Positions 43,049 through 50,830 of a stretch of DNA of 64,000 nt are shown here, piece after piece. This DNA comes from Longimicrobiales bacterium (lineage in GTDB: Bacteria; Gemmatimonadota; Gemmatimonadetes; Longimicrobiales; Gaopeijiaceae): NCBI GenBank assembly GCA_963664435.2, contig CAXXKM010000003.1, positions 160,001 through 224,000 of the forward strand. The letters run 5' to 3'. The position numbers and the translations under genes were made by a program. Under the pieces are notes generated by a model. It searched no databases. It was not told the DNA's origin and saw only the letters and a list, made by a program, of their open reading frames with translations. Position 1 is the stretch's first letter, and the number at the start of each line of letters is the position of its first letter.

Positions 43049-44443
43049 TCAATCGATGTCCGGAAGGCATGCTCGAACCACGTGCTCCACGAGCAGGTTT
43101 TCCTCCTCGGGCTCGATTGTGCGCAGGTCGAGACCGAGGCGGTCCTTCTCGACGGGCGCGAGCACGGAGGGTTCGCCACTTCTCAGGCGTCGAGCGACGG
43201 CGGACGCGGACCGTGCGCCGGTTTTCGGCTCCACTACGAACGTGTCCAGGGTGACCCCCGGACAGGTTCCGCCTCCCACGAGCGAACTCCCGGGACTCAC
43301 CCGGGCTTCCACGCCCCGAGCCTCCAGCGCGGCGGCCAGGCGCCGGGCGCGTCCGAGCAGCTCTTCCGGGGAGGAGGCGATCATGCGCAGCGCCGGGATT
43401 TCCCTCAGCGCGCGTCCGGGATCCCGGTAGAGACGCAGGGTCGCCTCCAGCCCGGCCAGCGTCACCTTGTCGACGCGCAGAGAGCGGCAGAGCGGGTTTT
43501 GCCTCATGTTCGCGATCGGTTCCTTCCGTCCCACGAGGATCCCGGCCTGCGGCCCCCCCAGCAGCTTGTCGCCGGAGAAGCCGACTACGTGCGCGCCGTT
43601 CGCCAGGCTGTCGGCCACCCGCGTTTCGCCCGGAAGGCCGAGTGCGGCCGGATCCATCATCAGGCCGGTGCCGAGGTCGTGGAAGAAGTGGACTCCCAGG
43701 CGGTCGGCCAGTTTCGCCAGCTCGGCGACGCCGGCCTCCTCGGTGAACCCCTCGATGCGGAAGTTGGAGCGGTGGACCTTGAGCAGCGCCGCGACATCGC
43801 CCGTGTCGAGTGCTGCCTCGTAATCGGCGATGCGGGTGCGGTTGGTGGAGCCCACCTCCCGCAGCCGGACCCCGCTGCGGACAAGGATTTCGGGGATGCG
43901 GAAGCCGCCCCCGATCTCCACCAGTTCTCCCCGGGAGACCGCCACTTCCTTCCCCGCAGCCAGCGTGTTCATACCCAGCACCAGCGCGCCGGCAGCGTTG
44001 TTGACCACGAGCGCGGCCGCGGCTCCGGTGAGCTCCCGAAGCAGTTGTACGCAGTGCACGTAGCGCGATCCGCGGCTCCCGCGCTCCAGGTCGAACTCCA
44101 GGTTGCCGTACCCGCGCGCGGCGCGTGCCATGGCCGAGCGGGCGGCAGGCGCGATGGGCGCCCGGCCCAGGTTGGTGTGGAGCACCACGCCGGTGGCGTT
44201 GATGACCGGCCGCAGGGAGGGGATTCGGTCCAGGGCAAGCGCCTCTTCGACCTCGCGGGCGAGATCGCCGATGCGCGGGGGCGGACCGTCGGTTCGGCGC
44301 GCGAGATCCTCCCGGGCGTGGTCCAGCGCCGAGCGCAGATGGTGCAGGATCCGCTGGCGCGGATGTTCGGCGAGCAGCGCGGCGAAGGCGGTGGATGCCA
44401 GCACCCGGTCGACGCCGGGCAGATGGCGGCGCGGGTCGGTCAT
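43049..44443 (-). CDS. selA: L-seryl-tRNA(Sec) selenium transferase
   Basis: VINATGVVLHTNLGRA, VSRGELVEIGGGFRIP, EVGSTNRT, FSGDKLLGGPQAG (PLP Lys). Confidence 0.96.
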   Translation of the reverse strand: MTDPRRHLPGVDRVLASTAFAALLAEHPRQRILHHLRSALDHAREDLARRTDGPPPRIGDLAREVEEALALDRIPSLRPVINATGVVLHTNLGRAPIAPAARSAMARAARGYGNLEFDLERGSRGSRYVHCVQLLRELTGAAAALVVNNAAGALVLGMNTLAAGKEVAVSRGELVEIGGGFRIPEILVRSGVRLREVGSTNRTRIADYEAALDTGDVAALLKVHRSNFRIEGFTEEAGVAELAKLADRLGVHFFHDLGTGLMMDPAALGLPGETRVADSLANGAHVVGFSGDKLLGGPQAGILVGRKEPIANMRQNPLCRSLRVDKVTLAGLEATLRLYRDPGRALREIPALRMIASSPEELLGRARRLAAALEARGVEARVSPGSSLVGGGTCPGVTLDTFVVEPKTGARSASAVARRLRSGEPSVLAPVEKDRLGLDLRTIEPEEENLLVEHVVRACLPDID

Positions 44444-46203
44444 CGGATCGCGCGACGCAGAGGGCGAAGGGAGAACCGGTTCCGTGCCGGCGGCATCCGG
44501 CCCCTCCTGCCGGGCCGGAGAAGAGCCGCGGTCGCAGGGATCGAGACCGTGTCCCGGCGCAACGAATCTCCGGGTGGTGCCGATACCGTGTCCCTGCCCC
44601 CGGAGTCGGCGGCCGGCGGGGAAATCGTGTCCCTGCGCACAGAGTCGGCGGCGGGCGAGGGAATGGTGTCCCTCCGAACGGAGTCGGCCGGGAGTGACGG
44701 AACGGTGTCGCGCGCGGCCGAGTCCGCCGGGACGGTCACCGTGTCGCCGGGCGTCGCTTCCGCGGGCGCGGCCTCCTCCGGCGGGATGGTGTCGCGTCCC
44801 GCCGTGTCGACGGGAGGGGGCGTGCCGTCCGGGGCCGCCGCGGGGATGGTATCCCGTGGAACACTGTCCGCCTCGGCCTGGACGGTGTCTTCGGGCGGCG
44901 GCGGTGGGGCGGGACGGCTGAATTCGACGGTTCCCCCCCCTCCATCCACGCCGTTGATGTTGGTGATGTTCGATACCTCGACCTCGTACGGAATCTCGGG
45001 GACCAGCACTCCGTCCAGAATGACGATGAAGGTCTGCTGAGCTGTGGGCCGTCCCCCTTCCACCTCTTCGGCTGCCCCCGCCCCCGGTTCCGCGGGTGCC
45101 GGCGGTGGGTCCGCTGCCGCTTCCGCCTCCGCCGGCGCTGGCGTGAGTTCGGGATCGGCCGCTGCCGTCGTATCCCCCGGGGCGGCTTCCGCCTGGGCCA
45201 CCGAATCCGCCCGGGCCTGCTCCACGCTGTCCCGGACCGCCTGTTCCCGTGCAAGACTGTCCGCTAGCGCGCTCCGATACGCTTCGGCCTCGTGTGGATG
45301 GAGGACGGCGAGGGGCCGGGGTGCCTCTACGCTGTCGGAGGTGAGCACGACGCGCACATCGTCCAGCGGCAGTTCCGGATCCAGGTAGTCGTCGAGAGAA
45401 ACGCTGAGGCTGATCGAGTCGTCCACGATGACGCGCGCAAGCCGGGCCGACGTGGTGTCCCGGGCCAGCAGCGCCACCTCGAGCACGATCGCGGTGTCGG
45501 CGGCCTCGCCGTCGCCGTCCAGCAGTGCCGGACGCGTCCCCTGGGGTTCGGTGAAGTCCGCCTGGGCGTTGCGGTTGCGGTCAAGGTAGGCGTTCAACAC
45601 GAAATCGCCGGCAGGCAGGTAGCGCAGGGCGAAGATCCCGGTGCTGTCGGTGACGGCGGTGTGCACCACGTCGCTTCCGGCGACCGCCGCATCCACCCGC
45701 GCGTCACGGAGCGGCTCGCCTGTGAGCCGGTCGATGACCGAGCCGGCAACGACATTGGGGGTGAACTCCGGCCCGGTCGAGAAAAACAGCTCGAACGGTT
45801 CCTGAAGGGAATTGCCGAACATGTCCTGAATGACCGGCAGCACCGTCACGCGGTAGACGTGCCCGGCCTCGAATCCGCCCGGCACGCGCACCGTGAGCCC
45901 CTCGCGCCCATGCGACACCCGCACCTCGCCCGACGCCGGCGACACCACCACGGACTGATCCAGGGTGCCCGCGCTGGGCCGCTCGCTGATGCGCTCGCTG
46001 AACCGGAGGGTAATGGGCGAACGGAAGGGTTCCACGGTGGAGAAGGTATCCGGCTCGCTCAGGATCACGATCGGGGGGAGCCGGTCGGGAGGGCCGCCGG
46101 GAGGCGTTGCCTCGCGCGCGCAGCCGGCCATCAGCGCGGCGAGCAGAGCGGGCAGGAGCAGGGACGCCCGCGCTGTCGACCCGTTGCCGACCGCGGCGCT
46201 CAC
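44440..46203 (-). CDS. Ig-like domain (SbsA/Big_5-type) lipoprotein with Asp-Ser/Thr-rich repeats
   Basis: Lipobox LMAG-C followed by PPGGPPD..PP, FSERI and FSTG; GTG overlaps the valS stop. Confidence 0.85.
   Translation of the reverse strand: MSAAVGNGSTARASLLLPALLAALMAGCAREATPPGGPPDRLPPIVILSEPDTFSTVEPFRSPITLRFSERISERPSAGTLDQSVVVSPASGEVRVSHGREGLTVRVPGGFEAGHVYRVTVLPVIQDMFGNSLQEPFELFFSTGPEFTPNVVAGSVIDRLTGEPLRDARVDAAVAGSDVVHTAVTDSTGIFALRYLPAGDFVLNAYLDRNRNAQADFTEPQGTRPALLDGDGEAADTAIVLEVALLARDTTSARLARVIVDDSISLSVSLDDYLDPELPLDDVRVVLTSDSVEAPRPLAVLHPHEAEAYRSALADSLAREQAVRDSVEQARADSVAQAEAAPGDTTAAADPELTPAPAEAEAAADPPPAPAEPGAGAAEEVEGGRPTAQQTFIVILDGVLVPEIPYEVEVSNITNINGVDGGGGTVEFSRPAPPPPPEDTVQAEADSVPRDTIPAAAPDGTPPPVDTAGRDTIPPEEAAPAEATPGDTVTVPADSAARDTVPSLPADSVRRDTIPSPAADSVRRDTISPPAADSGGRDTVSAPPGDSLRRDTVSIPATAALLRPGRRGRMPPARNRFSLRPLRRAIR
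44540..44730 (-). repeat. Five 39-bp (13-aa) tandem repeats, consensus ADSVRRDTIPSPA
   Basis: gtgtc anchor recurs at 44549, 44588, 44627, 44666 and 44705. Confidence 0.9.
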
Positions 46204-48953
46204 CGGTCCGCCAGCGCCGCCAGCTTCTCCTGCAGCTTGTCGTGCTGTTCGCGGAAACTGGCGAGCTTTTCGCGCTCGCGGGCCACAACCCGCTCGGGAG
46301 CGCGCTCGAGAAAGTTCCGGTTGGCCAGCTTGCGCCGGGCCCCGTTCATCTGCCCGCCCAGGCGGGCTACCTCCTTTCGCAGGCGCTGCCGTTCGCGCTC
46401 CAGGTCGATTACCCCCTCGAGCGGAATGAAGACTTCGGCGCCGTTCTGCAGGATCGCATGCGCGCCCACGCCGCGAGGCCGCCCGTCGAGCATCACCGAC
46501 TTCACGCGCGCGAGTCGCGTGATCGCCTCTTCCCCGGCGGCCAGCGTTTCCGCGAACCCGGACGGCACGGCGGTGAGGACGATCGTCACCGGCCGGCCTT
46601 CCCGGACCCCGTATTCCTTGCGCAGGCGACGCACCCCGGTGATGAGTTCCTGCAGAGCCCTCACCTCCCGTTCCACCGCGGGAGCCTCCCACCGCGGCTG
46701 CGCTTCAGGCCACGGGGCCACCATCAGCGCGGGCGCGCGTTCGGCGCCTTCGGGCAATCGCAATCGTTCCCACAGCGCCTCGGTGACGAAGGGGACGACG
46801 GGATGGAGCAGCCTCAGAACGGTGTCGAAGGCGTGGGCCAGCGCGGCCCGGGCTGCCTCCCGGCTGGCTTCGCCCGCATCGCCGCGAAGGCGAGGCTTGA
46901 CCATCTCCAGGTACCAGTCGGCGAATTCGCCCCAGAAGAGCTGGCGCAGCCGCTCCGCAGCCTCGTGCAGCCGGAATGCCGCGAGCGCCTGCGTCACCTC
47001 CCGACAGGAGACCGACAATCGCGACAGCATCCAGCGGTCGGCCAACTCCAGGTCCGCCTCCACATCTTCGGGACGCGGCGGCGGCTCGTCTCCGAGATTG
47101 GCAAGCGTGAAGCGGCCCGCGTTCCAGAGCTTGTTGGCGAAATTGCGTCCGGGGGCGAACGATGCCTCCAGATCGGTGTGATCCAGCCGGATATCCGCTC
47201 CCACCCCGCACTCAGCCACCATCGTATAGCGCAGCGCGTCGGCGCCGAAGCGTCGCACCACTTCGAGCGGATCGATCCCGTTGCCGCGGGATTTGGACAT
47301 CTTGTGCCCGGTGATGTCACGCACGGTTCCGTGCAGATACACCTCGGTGAAGGGCGTCTCGCCCATGAACTCGAAGCCGGACATGATCATCCGGGCGACC
47401 CAGAAAAAGAGGATCTCCGGGGCCGTGGAGAGCACATGCCCGGGATAGAAGGCGCGGAGGTCATCGGATTCCTCGGGCCAGCCGAACACCGAGAAGGGCC
47501 AGAGCCAGGACGAGAACCAGGTGTCCAGCACGTCGGGATCCTGCTCCAGGTCCGGGGAGCCGCAGGCCGGGCAGACATCCGGGTCCTCCAGGGCGGCGAA
47601 GACGTTGCCGCACCCGCAGTACCAGACCGGGATGCGGTGCCCCCACCACAGCTGCCGCGAGACGCACCAGTCGCGGATGTTCTCCATCCACTTCTCATAG
47701 TCGTTGCGGCGTCGCGCGGGGATGAAGTTCACGACGCCGTCGCGCGAGGCCTGGAGCGCGGGTTCGGCGAGCGGCTTCATGCGCACGAACCACTGCTTGC
47801 TCAACCGGGGTTCGACCACCGTGTCGCAGCGATAGCAGCGGGGTACGGTGTGCACATGCGGCTTCGATCCCGCCAACAGCTCCGCCTCCTCCAGGGCCTT
47901 CAGCACCGCGCGGCGGCCTTCCCCGCGACCCATCCCGCGGAAGGCCGGAGGAGCGTTCTCGTTCAGGCGCGCGTCCCGGGTGAGGATGTTGAGCAGCGGA
48001 GCTCCTGAGCGGCGCGAGATCTCGAAATCGTTGATATCGTGCGCGGGGGTGACCTTGACCATCCCGGTGCCGAAGTCCCGATCCACGAAGTCGTCGCCGA
48101 CGATCGGGATGCGACGCTCGGCCAGCGGGAGCACGGCATGTGCGCCGATCAATGCGGCATATCGTTCGTCCGCCGGGTTCACGGCTACGGCGGTGTCGCC
48201 CAGCATGGTCTCGGGGCGGGTCGTGGAAACCGTCAGGTACCAGGACCCATCGTCCGCCCGGCCCAGCGAACCGCCCAGCGCGCGGGCTTCGGCGGCGCGT
48301 TCCCATGCCGTCTCTTCCAGAGGATAGCGCAGGTCGTAGAGCGTCCCCTCGACCTCGTGCCCTTCGGCTTCCTCGTTGGAAAGCGCCGTCAGGCAGCGCG
48401 GACACCAGTTCACGATGTACTCGCCGCGATAGACCAGGCCCTTCTCGAAGAGGCGCACGAACACGGTGCGCACGGCCTTGCTCAGCGCCGGCTCCAGTGT
48501 GAAGCGGGTGCGCTCCCAGTCGCAGGAACAGCCGATCGCGCGCAGCTGCTCGAGGATTTGGCCGCCGGTCCTGTCGATCCATTCCCAGGTGCGCGCGAGG
48601 AACGCCTCCCGGCCGAGATCGTGGCGGGTCCTGCCCTCCGCGGCGAGCTGGCGCTCGACCACGTTCTGGGTGGCGATGCCTGCATGGTCGGTGCCCGGGA
48701 CCCACAGGGCCGCCCTGCCCTGCATGCGGCGCCACCGCACCAGGACATCCTGGATGGTGTTGTTGAGCCCGTGCCCCATGTGCAGGACCGCGGTCACATT
48801 CGGGGGCGGGATGACGACCACGAAGGGCTCGGTACCCTGCTCGCGGGCCCGCTCGGCGGTCATGCGGAAGTACCCGCCGTCGAGCCAGCGGCGGTAGATG
48901 CGAGGCTCGATCGTGCCGGGATCGAGACGGGGCGGCAGGTTCAGGTCGGTCAT
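46200..48953 (-). CDS. valS: Valyl-tRNA synthetase
   Basis: HMGH, GTDHAGIATQ, SRQLWWGHRIP, DVLDTWFSS, KMSKS; C-terminal coiled coil. Confidence 0.97.
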   Translation of the reverse strand: MTDLNLPPRLDPGTIEPRIYRRWLDGGYFRMTAERAREQGTEPFVVVIPPPNVTAVLHMGHGLNNTIQDVLVRWRRMQGRAALWVPGTDHAGIATQNVVERQLAAEGRTRHDLGREAFLARTWEWIDRTGGQILEQLRAIGCSCDWERTRFTLEPALSKAVRTVFVRLFEKGLVYRGEYIVNWCPRCLTALSNEEAEGHEVEGTLYDLRYPLEETAWERAAEARALGGSLGRADDGSWYLTVSTTRPETMLGDTAVAVNPADERYAALIGAHAVLPLAERRIPIVGDDFVDRDFGTGMVKVTPAHDINDFEISRRSGAPLLNILTRDARLNENAPPAFRGMGRGEGRRAVLKALEEAELLAGSKPHVHTVPRCYRCDTVVEPRLSKQWFVRMKPLAEPALQASRDGVVNFIPARRRNDYEKWMENIRDWCVSRQLWWGHRIPVWYCGCGNVFAALEDPDVCPACGSPDLEQDPDVLDTWFSSWLWPFSVFGWPEESDDLRAFYPGHVLSTAPEILFFWVARMIMSGFEFMGETPFTEVYLHGTVRDITGHKMSKSRGNGIDPLEVVRRFGADALRYTMVAECGVGADIRLDHTDLEASFAPGRNFANKLWNAGRFTLANLGDEPPPRPEDVEADLELADRWMLSRLSVSCREVTQALAAFRLHEAAERLRQLFWGEFADWYLEMVKPRLRGDAGEASREAARAALAHAFDTVLRLLHPVVPFVTEALWERLRLPEGAERAPALMVAPWPEAQPRWEAPAVEREVRALQELITGVRRLRKEYGVREGRPVTIVLTAVPSGFAETLAAGEEAITRLARVKSVMLDGRPRGVGAHAILQNGAEVFIPLEGVIDLERERQRLRKEVARLGGQMNGARRKLANRNFLERAPERVVAREREKLASFREQHDKLQEKLAALADR

Positions 48954-49756
48954 GTCCCCGGCGGGCGTCGCACCGAATCCCCGCGCGCAGCCGCGCGCTC
49001 CGCGTCCACCCGCGCGCGGATGGCGCGCTGGCGATCCTTCCAGGACTGCTCGACGGCGGCTGCGATCGCGCCCCGCTCGAGCTCCATCCATTCCCAGTCG
49101 CGTTCACGCAGTTCGTTGATGCGCGACGGGTTGGGACCAAAGTTGAAGGGGAGCGGGAGGGTGATGTCGCCCAGGTGGATCTTGCCTGGCGAAAATCCCC
49201 AGCGGCCCCCGTCTCCGTCCGTATAGGTCCAGTCCATCGCGGCGACCCGGGCGGCTTCCGCGGTCGTGATCGAGTCGATCCAGAGGTCGAGGACCGCGGC
49301 CATCTGGAAGCGGGCGCGCTCCTCGAGGGTGAGGTCGAGCAGCGCCGGGTCGATGGGACGCCACACCTCGGGGTTGTTCATGAAGGGCCGCAATCTTTCG
49401 GCGGCGGTGCGCGGGTCGCCGGCCGGGACCTCGACGTCGGCCACGATGACCCCGGGGTTCGCATCCTCCGGGAGCGCCGGTTCCTCGGGCGCGGGGGCCA
49501 CCTCCGGCTCGGGATCGGGAGCAGGCTCCGGAGTCGCCTCGTCGAGTTCGAGCAGCTGCACGACCTGCATGCCGTCCTGGCTGGCCGGGACGAAGACCGG
49601 CACGGGTGCGGCAGGGGGGGCCGTCTCGGGTTTCCAGGTCGGGTAGATCAGAATCACGATCGCGTGCGTTGCGACGGAGATGGCTGCCGCGACCCAGCGC
49701 ACCCACCGGGGAGCCCCGGAGGAGGCGATCGAGCGGGCCGGCGGCGCATCCCTCAT
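48950..49756 (-). CDS. Hypothetical membrane-anchored protein with Pro/Glu-rich linker
   Basis: Single N-terminal TM (WVAAAISVATHAIVILIY) and a PEPAPDPEPE linker; overlaps both neighbouring genes. Confidence 0.75.
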   Translation of the reverse strand: MRDAPPARSIASSGAPRWVRWVAAAISVATHAIVILIYPTWKPETAPPAAPVPVFVPASQDGMQVVQLLELDEATPEPAPDPEPEVAPAPEEPALPEDANPGVIVADVEVPAGDPRTAAERLRPFMNNPEVWRPIDPALLDLTLEERARFQMAAVLDLWIDSITTAEAARVAAMDWTYTDGDGGRWGFSPGKIHLGDITLPLPFNFGPNPSRINELRERDWEWMELERGAIAAAVEQSWKDRQRAIRARVDAERAAARGDSVRRPPGT

Positions 49757-50394
49757 CAGCTCGAATCGACCTCCTCCACCGCCACCGGGTTGGCGACCGT
49801 TCCCACACCCGGGATCTCGACCTCGACCCGGTCGCCTGGCGCAAGCGGGCCGATGCCGTCGGGCGTGCCCGTCGCGATCAGGTCTCCCGGCTCGAGGGTC
49901 ATGACCGCGGTGATGAACCGGACCAGCTCAGGGATCGGGAACACCATTGTGTTCACATGGGCGTGCTGGCGCACGCTCCCGTTGACCCGCGTGATCACCT
50001 CGAGCTCCCCCACATCCACGTCCGCTGCCGGGACCGGTTCACCCACCGGGCAGAAGGTGTCGAAGCTCTTGGCGCGGGTCCACTGTCCGTCCCTGCGCTG
50101 CAGATCGCGCGCGGTCACGTCGTTCAACGGCACGATGGCGTCGACCACGTCCCATGCGTCCTCGCGCGCGACCCGGCGGGCGCGCTTCCCCACCACCAGT
50201 GCGATCTCTCCCTCGTAGTCCACGCGCCCCGCCCACGGCGGCATCCGGATGGTCTCGCCGGAGGCCAGAAGGGAGGAAACCGGCTTCAGGAAGATGATCG
50301 GCTCGGGGGGAACTTCGGTGCCCAGCTCCTGTGCGTGGAGCGCGTAGTTCTTTCCTACGCACACGATCTTGGTCGGGGTACGCTGTAGGCTCAT
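49756..50394 (-). CDS. Fumarylacetoacetate hydrolase family protein
   Basis: KIVCVGKNY, FLKP, DYEGE, NDVTARD, AKSFDTF, TGTPDG. Confidence 0.94.
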   Translation of the reverse strand: MSLQRTPTKIVCVGKNYALHAQELGTEVPPEPIIFLKPVSSLLASGETIRMPPWAGRVDYEGEIALVVGKRARRVAREDAWDVVDAIVPLNDVTARDLQRRDGQWTRAKSFDTFCPVGEPVPAADVDVGELEVITRVNGSVRQHAHVNTMVFPIPELVRFITAVMTLEPGDLIATGTPDGIGPLAPGDRVEVEIPGVGTVANPVAVEEVDSS

Positions 50395-50485
50395 GTGGAC
50401 GCGCCCGTGCTTTCAGTGGCTGAGGTGAACAGGGGTCGGGACATCGGGACCCGCCCGAGGCAGCGCCCGCGCGCGGTTTGGCCTT

Positions 50486-50701
50486 CTAACCGCCCGATGG
50501 CAGGCGGTTCCTCCGGCGCGTGTGCAGGAGCGTGCCGATCAACGCCCCCAGTCCGGCGATGGCCAGGAAGCCACCGATCACGGCCCACCAGAAGCCCAGG
50601 TCGGCGTGTCCGCCGGCCCATCCATCCACCGAATGGCCAAAGGCCAGGAAGGTGATGACCGCGTAGAAGGCTGCGACGAGAATGCCGGCGATCCGTTTCA
50701 T
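50486..50701 (-). CDS. Small two-TM membrane protein (71 aa)
   Basis: Two hydrophobic helices and a basic C-terminus; fills the gap between genes; TACATT -10-like element at 50782-50777. Confidence 0.65.
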   Translation of the reverse strand: MKRIAGILVAAFYAVITFLAFGHSVDGWAGGHADLGFWWAVIGGFLAIAGLGALIGTLLHTRRRNRLPSGG

Positions 50702-50830
50702 TGAATCCGGGCCCGATTTGGGTGCCGCGCAGAGGCCGATCCCCTGTCGCGTGAAGGGAAGACCGCGAACGCTGGTAATGTACCGGGTTGGCCGCGGGGG
50801 GAAAACTGCCGGCGGTGGCCGGACTGTCCC

